Position numbers and translations under genes: made by a program. This document shows positions 8,157 to 16,840 of a stretch of DNA of 64,000 nt, one piece after another (within the stretch, counting starts at the first letter, position 1; the number at the start of each line of letters is the position of its first letter). Origin of the DNA: Faecousia sp. (GTDB lineage: Bacteria > Bacillota > Clostridia > Oscillospirales > Oscillospiraceae); the NCBI GenBank assembly GCA_034094395.1, contig JAXEAK010000052.1:3557-67556 (forward strand). The letters are read 5' to 3'. A model generated the notes under the pieces. That model was not told the DNA's origin. It worked only from the letters and a program-made list of their open reading frames with translations, and searched no databases.

Positions 8157-10052
8157 TCAGAAGCACTCCATGAAGAAGTTCTCAAGATCGTTCCATCCGT
8201 TCCGTAGCACCATCTGCACGGTCTGAAGGGGAGTAAGCCGGTTGGAATAAAGCACTGTGCTTTCTCCGCTGCGAATTGTCAGATCCGTAAAGACGGCATC
8301 GTAGACATCATCCCAAATATTGATCTGGCTGTAATGCTCGCCGGTCTTCCAGACACCCGCGCCCAAAGCGATACCGCCCCGCCGGTCAGAGGACAGCTGC
8401 AGATTTTCCACCACCGTCCGGCCGTCCAGCCAGACACTCATCTGGCGTCCAACCAGGCGAATGCGAAGGGCGCGGCTGTCCCGCTCGGAGATGTCCAGTT
8501 CCGGGACGTAGGCGGTTCCGCCCCGCTCCACAGAAAGGGGGCTGGTCTTCTTCAGCGCCTGTAGATCCTGCCTGGCCTGCTCCACCCGCTGGGGATCCTC
8601 ATCGCAACGGATCACCGCGTGATAATAGGCTTTCAGTGCCTCATACTGATCCTCCTGACTGGATGTCCTATCCTGTTCATCAAAATCACTCAGATTCAGC
8701 CGGAACAGCTCCCGACTCCCATCCGAAAGATCCCGGATCACCAGTTCACCGCACTCCAGCGCCACCTGCACGCCTCCAGCCAGATTCCGATCCGTGCGCA
8801 GGTATATGCTTTGCTGTCCAACCTTGTTTCCCTCCAGCGTCACGGACAGGTCAACGTCCGAAACCAGCGCGGAATCCAGCGTAATGCGTCCCGTATCATA
8901 GGGCTGTGTGGTCAGAATAATCTGATTGTCCCGGAACTCAGCGGCGCCGTCATCCTGAAACCAGTTTGCCGCCTCCTCCTGATCGCCCGTCACAAACGTC
9001 ATCGGCTGGCCAATATCATCCTGAATCCGCATTAACAGGTGGTTGGTGGAAAAATACGGCTGAACCTGGAGCCGCGTCAGATCATAAATTGAACTGTCCC
9101 GTGTGTTCAGGCAGCTTCCCTGACGGTTAAAGTTCATGGCAAACAGGCCGGTCAGCTGTTCCCGGTTCTTGTCGCTTACCTGTGGGTCATTGCCAAAGGC
9201 GCCGGAATTGGAATGCATCAGAATGTACATCTGCGGCACGAAGCCAAGCTCCTTTTCGTAATCCTGACGCAGTTGGGCGTAATCGGTTTCCAGCCGCGCC
9301 TCCATCTGCTCCGGAGTTTCCTGACGCAGCCGATCCTCATCCCGGAGGAAATCCATCAGATAATGGTTGTAATCCCGTCGCAGGTATTTGCTGACCAGAG
9401 AAAACTCGTCCGAATTCAGATGCCCAAAATAGTCCCCGTAGCGGTCAAAGACGTTGATATAGGACAGCCGGTAGCCATTGGTGCCCAGTTCCCAGTAGCT
9501 GTTCTTTGCCAGGCGCCGCAGATCCGCGCCGCTGGCGTATTTGGAATTTGCGTCTTCCATATTCTGAGCAAAACTGCAGAAGGTCGCCTGATAGTTATAT
9601 TTTTCCAGCGTGGACTGCACCAGCGTGGAGGAATTCAGAATTCCGTCCTCCAGAATCAGGAACATAGCCTTCTCCGGCAGGGGCGTTCCCTTCTGGTAGT
9701 AGTCCAGAATATCCTGCTGGGTAATGGTTACGTATCCGCATTCGTGCAGCGCCGCCATCTGCTCCTGAAAGGAACGGCGGGTGACGATGCCGCTGTCCAT
9801 GGAATCCCGCGTGGTCACGCCGCAGTAAGAAACGGCAATGAAGCTGTTGCCCGTCCGCGCCGTCTCCACATCCGTCTGGTGCTGCTTCGGGAACAGCACC
9901 AGCGTCCACATCAGGTACACCAAAACGGCCACCAGCATCATCTGCAGGACAAAGCGAATCGCTTTGGTCGCGTCTTTTCTGCGCAGCCAGCGCTCGTTAT
10001 AGCCGCCAGAGGAGCCTTCCGAGGTTCTTTTCCCGTCCTTTGCCATACGCAT
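8157..10052 (-). CDS. Membrane-anchored PgaB/IcaB-like deacetylase-fold protein with beta-rich C-terminal domain
   Basis: TM, FQEQMAALHECGYVTI, PLPEKAMFLILEDG, WELGTNG (His motifs degenerate). Confidence 0.7.
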   Translation of the reverse strand: MRMAKDGKRTSEGSSGGYNERWLRRKDATKAIRFVLQMMLVAVLVYLMWTLVLFPKQHQTDVETARTGNSFIAVSYCGVTTRDSMDSGIVTRRSFQEQMAALHECGYVTITQQDILDYYQKGTPLPEKAMFLILEDGILNSSTLVQSTLEKYNYQATFCSFAQNMEDANSKYASGADLRRLAKNSYWELGTNGYRLSYINVFDRYGDYFGHLNSDEFSLVSKYLRRDYNHYLMDFLRDEDRLRQETPEQMEARLETDYAQLRQDYEKELGFVPQMYILMHSNSGAFGNDPQVSDKNREQLTGLFAMNFNRQGSCLNTRDSSIYDLTRLQVQPYFSTNHLLMRIQDDIGQPMTFVTGDQEEAANWFQDDGAAEFRDNQIILTTQPYDTGRITLDSALVSDVDLSVTLEGNKVGQQSIYLRTDRNLAGGVQVALECGELVIRDLSDGSRELFRLNLSDFDEQDRTSSQEDQYEALKAYYHAVIRCDEDPQRVEQARQDLQALKKTSPLSVERGGTAYVPELDISERDSRALRIRLVGRQMSVWLDGRTVVENLQLSSDRRGGIALGAGVWKTGEHYSQINIWDDVYDAVFTDLTIRSGESTVLYSNRLTPLQTVQMVLRNGWNDLENFFMECF

Positions 10053-10062
10053 ACCCTCCCCG

Positions 10063-11841
10063 CTATTGCTGCCCGGCCGGCTGTGCGGCTTTTTGCTTTT
10101 TCTTTCCTTTCGTATCCCGGGTACCCCAGTCCGAAACCCAGAAGGTCAGCCATGCCCAAGGCATCTGCCACAGTAGCACAACCTCATAGTACATACAGAA
10201 CAGCAGCCCGTAAAACCACAGGGAACTTCGTTTCAGGAACAGCTGCATAAAACTCATCAGCAGCGACATGAGCAGCAGTCCCAGCAGGAAGGTTGTTGGG
10301 AATACGTGCATGACGATGGGCACATAAATCAAATTATAAATCACAATCACCGGCGCCAGCAGCGGAACCAGCAGTCCGGCATAGTAGGTAAACGCCATCA
10401 GCGGCTCCTTGCTCCACATGAAGGAAGCGGCTTTCAGGGATTCTCGCAGCCAGGAGCGCTTCCAGCGCATCTGCTGCTTCAGGAACTTCCGGTGCTGATT
10501 GGGCACAATGGTGGAGCAAATCGCGGTGTCCTGATAATAGGTGCGGTGATGCCGGACGATAAAGTTCGTCATGCTCCGGTCGTCACCGAAGGTCGCCTTC
10601 TGCCCCAAAAATGTCTGATGCAGCCACGGTTCAAGCACCTCCCTGACCGCGTCCAGGCGGTAGCAGGACAGCGGGCCGCTCAGACACATCACACAGTCAA
10701 AATAAGCCTCCGCCGCCTTCATGATCCGGAAGGATATGTAATACCGGACGCACTGCAGCTTTGTCAGCCAGTTGGTATAAATGTTCGCCACATCCGTCCG
10801 CCCGGTAACGCCTGCGGTCTGAGGGTCGCACAGCGGCTGAACCAGATTGCGGATGGCGTCCGGCTCCAGAAAGCTGTCGGAGTCCACAAAGGCAATGACC
10901 TCGGTTCGGCAGTTCCGGATGCCCAGACCCATGGCCTCCCGCTTCCCCTGATTCTTCTTTTGCAGGAAGACCCGGATGCGGTTTTCTGTATGAAAGCGCT
11001 TGCCCTCCTGATACAACTCCCGTACCGTTTGCTTGATTACTTCCACCGAGCCGTCGGTGGAACCGTCGTCAACCACGATCAGCTCCAGCTTATCCGGCGG
11101 ATAGTCCTGGTCAATGCAGCTGAGTATGGTGCGGCGAATCCAGGTCGCCTCATTAAAACAGGGGATCACAATGGTGACGCTGGGGGTAAACTCCGGATCC
11201 ACGGGAGTAGGCTTATAGAGCATACCAAAGACGTACCGGGACAACAGATAAAAGGCCGTCAGTATGCTGTAGCCGTACAGGATCCAGTTCTGTGCGAAAT
11301 AGGTCACGCTCTCCACCCGCAGCAGCAGAATGAACAGGCATACCAGCGTCAGGCAGGCCGCAGACGCCGTCAGCAGCCAGGAATCCTTGGTGCGGCGGCG
11401 ATTCGTGAAAAGTGGCTCCTCAAACTGAACGGCACAGTGTTCCGAATCGACAATACGAACCACCTGTGCTTTCAGCCGGTACTTCTTTTCCATGCCCTCC
11501 TGCAGCGTGCCGGGATACAGCCTGAATCGCAGTGCAACCGTATCTCCAACCGCCAGTTTATCCGTGCAGGCGGGCAGCTCCAGCAGCATTCCCGTCTGGG
11601 AAATATCCGCGCTGTGGGCGCAGATCGTTTCCTGCGCCGTCTTTACCTTCACAGGGACACTGACCGGATACCGCTTGCCCGCGAAGCGGACAGACTGAGG
11701 CTTGCCGGGGGCATTGGGAAGATCGTCCCGCCGGTCGCTGCCCATGCGCTGCCCGGTGGGATCGGGCACATGAGAAAGCAGCCGTCTGTCCGCCTTATCC
11801 TGAAGCAGAATGTCCTCGGTTGGTTTTTTTGCTTTCGTCAT
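10063..11841 (-). CDS. PilZ-domain-fused processive GT2 glycosyltransferase, hyaluronan-synthase/NodC-like
   Basis: N-terminal KRYPV..DISQTG; VDDGSTD, GKREAM, FVDSDS, CLSGPLSCYR, GDDRSMTN, QQMRW, WGTR; TM segments on both sides. Confidence 0.88.
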   Translation of the reverse strand: MTKAKKPTEDILLQDKADRRLLSHVPDPTGQRMGSDRRDDLPNAPGKPQSVRFAGKRYPVSVPVKVKTAQETICAHSADISQTGMLLELPACTDKLAVGDTVALRFRLYPGTLQEGMEKKYRLKAQVVRIVDSEHCAVQFEEPLFTNRRRTKDSWLLTASAACLTLVCLFILLLRVESVTYFAQNWILYGYSILTAFYLLSRYVFGMLYKPTPVDPEFTPSVTIVIPCFNEATWIRRTILSCIDQDYPPDKLELIVVDDGSTDGSVEVIKQTVRELYQEGKRFHTENRIRVFLQKKNQGKREAMGLGIRNCRTEVIAFVDSDSFLEPDAIRNLVQPLCDPQTAGVTGRTDVANIYTNWLTKLQCVRYYISFRIMKAAEAYFDCVMCLSGPLSCYRLDAVREVLEPWLHQTFLGQKATFGDDRSMTNFIVRHHRTYYQDTAICSTIVPNQHRKFLKQQMRWKRSWLRESLKAASFMWSKEPLMAFTYYAGLLVPLLAPVIVIYNLIYVPIVMHVFPTTFLLGLLLMSLLMSFMQLFLKRSSLWFYGLLFCMYYEVVLLWQMPWAWLTFWVSDWGTRDTKGKKKQKAAQPAGQQ

Positions 11842-11853
11842 CGTCGCATCTCC

Positions 11854-13440
11854 TCACAGAATCGGAATGTGTCCAAGAATGAAATCCAGAAACGTCTGAC
11901 AGCCAGCGTCGCTCAGATGGATGCCATAGGTGCTTTCATCCATGCAGTATTCCCGCGCCAGCATTCCTGTGCCGTCCCGAAGGACACTGGCCGCGTCCAG
12001 GAAGGGGATATCCAACTGCCGGCACAGACGGCACAGCTCCAAATTGTACCGGAATATCTGGGAATTGGTGCGAACCCCTGACTGCGTGGAGCGGTTGGGC
12101 GGGTAGGACACTACGCAGATCTGCGCATCGGGGCTCTCCTTTTGAATGAGGTAGAGCAGCAGTCTCACGTTGTCCAGCGGACGCGAACCGCTGTATACCA
12201 GCGGATCAGCGCATTGCAGCATCAGATAGATCCGCTCCGCGCCCATGGTATGGAGTGCATCCTCGATGGTCATCCTGGTTTGGTCATACACAGGGTGCGA
12301 CGAGGAATCGTTTAGCTGCATCAGATCCGCTTCCACCGTCAGCCTTGCATCCGTCAGGAACCGCACCCCGTCCAGATAGGGCTGCGTTTTCTTGCCATCG
12401 TTGGCTCTGCGCCAATTCACATAGCCCTCCAGCCCCTCCATCACGGAATCGCCAACAAAAACAGCTCCGCTCAAATCTTCCTGCGTACCGGCGCGGGTCT
12501 CCACGCTGGTCAGGGGCTCCCGGGTCAGGGGCAGCACGTATTGAGAAGCATCCAGTTCCTCCGCATTCCCCAGTTCTCTTTCCTCAAACAAATCTACCGC
12601 ATACTCCGGAAGCTGTTCCGGTGGAACGATGGTATAGCCCTCATATTCCAGCGTATCCAGCAGCCATGCCACGCCCGCCTCCAGCGTTTCGTAAATTGAA
12701 CGTGGAATATCGTCATCCACATCGGAGATACCCGGCTCCGGGTCAATGGCCGGGCGCATCTCCTGAATGTCGACAACCTGCCCGTATTCCGCCGCGTCCA
12801 GTTCCTGCCCCAGCTTCACGGAGAGAATGCTGCCGCGCACCAGACGCTGAACGTAGGCCTTCGCGTCAGCCTCCCCGGTAAAGCTCCGATGGTTCAGGTA
12901 ACAGGTTGGCTGCACCGCACCGGACAGCCCGGCAGCCGCGCCGGCCTGAAGCATCTGTTGGGTGTACTCGGTTCCGTTGCAGCGGAAAAGCGTCGGGGCG
13001 CTGCCGCAGATTTCCCGGAACAGTTCCTGCGCCCGGGTAAACTGCCGCAGATTATTCTCCACAGAATCGTTCCCCATGTTCTTCTCGCCAGTCATGCCAT
13101 AATTTCCAAGCGTCAATCCGGCGTCGTGTATTTTCCGAACCAACTCCGGCTGTTCCGAAACCGTCACGCCGCTGAGGAAAAACACACAGCGCACGTTTCT
13201 TTCGTCCATCAACTCCACAATTTTCTCCATGCTTTCCAGCTGGGAAAAGCCTTCGAAAACCAGAGAAATTACCTTTTTATCCGTCTCCACGCCGGTGTAT
13301 AACGCGGCGGGATCGTTGGTCAGGGAAACCTCCTGCATGGACGACGCCTCAGGCACCTCCTGCCCACGCTGCGCGCACCCCGGCAGGGAGAGCAGCATGG
13401 CCGCCAAGACCACAATTGCAATTCGTTTTTTCATATTCAT
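11854..13440 (-). CDS. Lipoprotein with degenerate NodB-like domain and C-terminal SGNH/GDSL hydrolase domain
   Basis: Lipobox LPGC; VISLVFEG/GNYG (decayed TFDDG/GNH); VFVGDS and YGIHLSDAG. Confidence 0.75.
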   Translation of the reverse strand: MNMKKRIAIVVLAAMLLSLPGCAQRGQEVPEASSMQEVSLTNDPAALYTGVETDKKVISLVFEGFSQLESMEKIVELMDERNVRCVFFLSGVTVSEQPELVRKIHDAGLTLGNYGMTGEKNMGNDSVENNLRQFTRAQELFREICGSAPTLFRCNGTEYTQQMLQAGAAAGLSGAVQPTCYLNHRSFTGEADAKAYVQRLVRGSILSVKLGQELDAAEYGQVVDIQEMRPAIDPEPGISDVDDDIPRSIYETLEAGVAWLLDTLEYEGYTIVPPEQLPEYAVDLFEERELGNAEELDASQYVLPLTREPLTSVETRAGTQEDLSGAVFVGDSVMEGLEGYVNWRRANDGKKTQPYLDGVRFLTDARLTVEADLMQLNDSSSHPVYDQTRMTIEDALHTMGAERIYLMLQCADPLVYSGSRPLDNVRLLLYLIQKESPDAQICVVSYPPNRSTQSGVRTNSQIFRYNLELCRLCRQLDIPFLDAASVLRDGTGMLAREYCMDESTYGIHLSDAGCQTFLDFILGHIPIL

Positions 13441-13539
13441 GGGCACCTCCCGGTCGAACACCGCGACCGACCGTATGTTGCTTTCTGTCAGGTGTCTGTA
13501 TCTGCGCTCCGCTGAACGCGTTTCTTTCTTCCGCCTTCG

Positions 13540-13854
13540 TCAATGGGAAAACAGGGATGTGATCAGGTAGATCGCTGAGCCCACCGCGCCAAGGAGCAAG
13601 AGACCGTTGATTACAGACAGAGCCGCAGAACACAGTGCCCTTCCTCTGGGAGCTGAAGCATTTTTCTTCCGGGGAAGGACGGTCGTCTGAATCTCCTCCG
13701 GTGCCTCCGGCGGCCAGATGATACGCACTCGGGGAGGGTGTTCCGTTTCCAGATCCGGTGTCCACAGATCCGTAATTTCCGGATCAAAGGTGGCGCACAG
13801 CTCCGCTTCCTTCCAGGCTTCGCTATCCGGCGCCGCCGTTTCCGCTTTCGTCAT
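13540..13854 (-). CDS. Small hypothetical protein with C-terminal TM helix
   Basis: GGAAAGGAG RBS; acidic N-terminus and hydrophobic C-terminus; lies within the operon. Confidence 0.6.
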   Translation of the reverse strand: MTKAETAAPDSEAWKEAELCATFDPEITDLWTPDLETEHPPRVRIIWPPEAPEEIQTTVLPRKKNASAPRGRALCSAALSVINGLLLLGAVGSAIYLITSLFSH

Positions 13855-13892
13855 GTCTGCTCTCTCCTTTCCGCATTCGATTCCCATTCGGC

Positions 13893-15212
13893 TCACAGAC
13901 GCCAGCACCGCAGTGTGGACTGCTCCAGCGTCTGAATGGGATAGATTCCCTTCACATCAATCAATACCTTCTGCGTCCCATCGTCGCGGTACATAGCCGC
14001 AAGCTGTTCCGGCGTCAGCGCGTGGAACTGTTTATGCGCCACAGCAAGAACCAGGCAGTCCATATCCCACACCTGATCCAGTGCTGTCAGTTCCATACCG
14101 TATACCCGGTAAACCTCCTCCGGATCTGCCCAGGGGTCAACCACCGTCGGCGTGATTCCGTATTCCTCCAGCCTTCTGATAATATCCGCGGCTTTGCTGT
14201 TGCGGATATCGGTGCAGTTTTCCTTAAACGTCAGACCCAGCACCGCCACCCGGGCTTTTGCGGGTGCCGCTCCGGCAAGGCACAGCTGCTGGATTGTCTT
14301 GTCCGCCACATAAATGCCCATGCTTTCGTTAATTGCCCGTCCTTCGAGAATCATTCGGCTGTGATAACCCAAGCGCTCCGCCTCAAAAGCAAGATAGTAG
14401 GGATCTACACCGATGCAGTGCCCGCCCACCAGGCCAGGGCGGAAGCCCAGTGCATTCCACTTGCTGTTCATGCCGTCCACCACTTCATTGGTGTCGATTT
14501 CCATCTTGTCCAGCATCATGGCAAGTTCGTTCATGAACGCAATATTGATATCCCGCTGGCTATTCTCCACAACCTTGATCGCTTCTGCGGTCTTTATGGA
14601 GGACACCGGATGAACGCCGGCCTCCACCACAATGCCATACACGTCGCCAATCGTCTTCCGGCTCTGTGCGTCCATGCCGGAGACGATTTTCCGGATGGTC
14701 TCCAGACGATGTACCTTATCTCCGGGATTGACACGCTCCGGGGAATAGCCAACCTTAAAATCCTCGCCGCATTTCAGTCCCGACGCCCGCTCCAAAATCG
14801 GAACGCAAACGGATTCCGTCGCGCCGGGATACACCGTAGACTCATACACCACTACGGCACCCCGATGCAGATTCCTGCCCACAATCTCACTGGCGGATTC
14901 CAGCGGACTCAGATCCGGCGTGTGATCCGCGTGTACCGGTGTGGGCACGGCAACGATATAAAAATCCGCCTGGCGAAGCTGCCGTTCATCGTCCGTAAAC
15001 TGAATTGCCGACTCCCGGACGGCCTCCCCGCCCAATTCGCCTGTTGGATCCAGACCGGCCTGATAGTTCGCGATTTTCCGCGCATTGACATCAAATCCGA
15101 TAACTCGAATTCCCTTTCGTGCGAAGGCCGCGGCGAGGGGCAGGCCAACATACCCCAGTCCCACTACGCCAAGCGCCGTCTCCCGGTTCAAAAGTGCCTG
15201 ATATAACTCCAT
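13893..15212 (-). CDS. UDP-N-acetylhexosamine/UDP-glucose 6-dehydrogenase (WbpO/TviB-like)
   Basis: GLGYVGLP, AVPTP, ESTVYPG, SPER, ENSQRDINIA, GGHCIGVDP, GLTFKEN; GGAGGAG RBS. Confidence 0.92.
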   Translation of the reverse strand: MELYQALLNRETALGVVGLGYVGLPLAAAFARKGIRVIGFDVNARKIANYQAGLDPTGELGGEAVRESAIQFTDDERQLRQADFYIVAVPTPVHADHTPDLSPLESASEIVGRNLHRGAVVVYESTVYPGATESVCVPILERASGLKCGEDFKVGYSPERVNPGDKVHRLETIRKIVSGMDAQSRKTIGDVYGIVVEAGVHPVSSIKTAEAIKVVENSQRDINIAFMNELAMMLDKMEIDTNEVVDGMNSKWNALGFRPGLVGGHCIGVDPYYLAFEAERLGYHSRMILEGRAINESMGIYVADKTIQQLCLAGAAPAKARVAVLGLTFKENCTDIRNSKAADIIRRLEEYGITPTVVDPWADPEEVYRVYGMELTALDQVWDMDCLVLAVAHKQFHALTPEQLAAMYRDDGTQKVLIDVKGIYPIQTLEQSTLRCWRL

Positions 15213-15469
15213 AAGCCATCTCCTCCCCCTGCGGGTGCCTGTTTCTTGCGTTCTCTGCCTCTTTCCGGGGCAGAGAGCCATACTCCTGCATGGCTTTCTT
15301 ATAAAAAGTCTAGCATAAAAGCCACCATAACACAACCGTTTTTTACATTATTTTTCATATTTCCTATGGTTTTTTTAAGGAAGCTCCGAATAAATCGGCA
15401 AGCACTGACAGAGAGAGATTTTGATTCAACAGAAGGTTCGAAAAGCAGAGGAATCCTGTATGTATTTCC

Positions 15470-15830
15470 AAAACGCATCGGCGGGTCAAAAGATCCGCCG
15501 CGAAAGCCGCAGACGATTGGTTCGGAGGTTCTTTATACCAAATACCCATGCGCTTTGGCAGCGCGCCACGACATAGGAAAGTTCACAGCGCATGGGTATT
15601 TAGTATATGCATCAGCACCGGTTGCCCCGCAAGGGGCGAGTTGCTGGCATTTGTTTGAAATATTACTGTGAATGCGGAGCTTTCACAGTAAAACCCGATG
15701 GAAAACTTTAATAGACTTCTGGGGTTGAATTGTTCCAGAAAAGGCAGATGACGGTTTTGGGCTTTCCGCCCGGCAAGGAAGATAACGCGTTCTGGGGCAA
15801 TTCAGTCCGGAAAGGATGAAAGTTTTAATC
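15470..15830. ncRNA. Hairpin-dense non-coding region, candidate structured RNA (contains motif copy 2)
   Basis: Successive inverted repeats at ~15480-15500, 15540-15601, 15608-15650, 15663-15691 and 15717-15740; GAAA and GCAA tetraloops on +; no credible ORF. Confidence 0.45.
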
Positions 15831-15928
15831 AAGAGTTCGTATAAAAAGTGTTTACAAAGGATTAGCGGAGCTGTATCACTAACGCTGTGAGGCAGTCCCA
15901 TTTTATGGTTCGAGTCCAAAATACGAAA

Positions 15929-15970
15929 ATAATCCGAACCCTTCTCCTACTGAGATAAGGTTCGGATTAT
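15929..15970 (-). terminator. Hairpin downstream of tRNA-Arg
   Basis: ATAATCCGAACC...GGTTCGGATTAT inverted repeat. Confidence 0.55.
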
Positions 15971-15977
15971 CTTGCCT

Positions 15978-16053
15978 TGGTACGCCAGAAGGGACTCGAA
16001 CCCCCAACCCTCGGAACCGGAATCCGATGCTCTATCCATTGAGCCACTGGCGC
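15978..16053 (-). tRNA. tRNA-Arg(CCG)
   Basis: 76-nt cloverleaf GCGCCAG...TCGGA-TTCCGGT-TCCGA...GGTTCGAGTCC...CTGGCGT-ACCA. Confidence 0.97.
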
Positions 16054-16226
16054 ATTTTTCAAAGCCCGATTATTATAGCAGGCTTTCCTGGCTTTGTAAA
16101 GGGGAAAACAAAAAAATTTTTTATTTTCCCCGGGACGCTTTGGGGAAAAGTGGTTGTTTTCCGGGGTTTTCTGTGGTATAATTCAGAAAAATACGGTATC
16201 GCTTCTATCTTGAAGGAGGAACTTTC

Positions 16227-16790
16227 ATGGCCGCGTCTCAGAATTTCCGCTCCGCGTTTAACGGGTTTAACCGGGAGGATGTGGTGCATTATCTGGAATA
16301 TCTAAACGCCAAACACACCAGTCAGATCAACCAGCTTACCGCGGAGAACGAGTCTCTCCGCGCCCAGCTGGAACGGCAGCCCGACGCGGAGAGACAGCGG
16401 CTGCTGGTGGCGTCTCTGGAGGAAAAATGTCAGAATCTGACCCAACAGCTGGAGCAGGCGCAGCAGCGGTGTGCCCAACTGGAGCAGCAGCCCGCCGCGA
16501 CCCCGGCGGAACCGGGAATTTCTCCCGGCGCCGCTGAGGAGCTGGAGACGTACCGCCGGGCGGAGCGCATTGAGCGGGAAGCCCGGGAGCGGGCAGAGCT
16601 GGTCTATTTTCAGGCCAACGGCGTGCTGACGGAGGCCACCGCCAAAGTGGACGGCATTTCCTCCGACATTACAGACATGGCGGACAAAGTGATGACTCAA
16701 CTGACCCAGCTGCAGATGGCGGTAAGCTCCAGCAAGCAGGCGCTTCAGGACGCCGCGTCCATTATGGGCACCATTCGACCCAACAAATAA
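16227..16790 (+). CDS. DivIVA-like coiled-coil protein
   Basis: FRSAFNGFNREDVVHYLE N-terminus followed by coiled coil; AAGGAGG RBS. Confidence 0.7.
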   Translation: MAASQNFRSAFNGFNREDVVHYLEYLNAKHTSQINQLTAENESLRAQLERQPDAERQRLLVASLEEKCQNLTQQLEQAQQRCAQLEQQPAATPAEPGISPGAAEELETYRRAERIEREARERAELVYFQANGVLTEATAKVDGISSDITDMADKVMTQLTQLQMAVSSSKQALQDAASIMGTIRPNK

Positions 16791-16840
16791 CCATCGAAGC
16801 GCATACCCGGCGTATGCGCTTCCTTTTTGGGGGGAAGTCC

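Noticed and set aside
15540-15900. c-di-GMP-I/II, ydaO riboswitch or RNase P RNA
   Set aside because: Only isolated words match (CCGGTTGCC, GGGGTTGAAT, AGGAAAGT); the conserved cores and their order are absent by eye. cmscan would be decisive.
4600-15978. Polysaccharide locus as an intact tRNA-integrated island
   Set aside because: No integrase, and no duplicated tRNA-Arg 3' end was found at the distal boundary.
15972-16305. ORFs overlapping tRNA-Arg (and likewise tRNA-Leu at 17854-18258)
   Set aside because: They are explained by the tRNA genes and their promoters.
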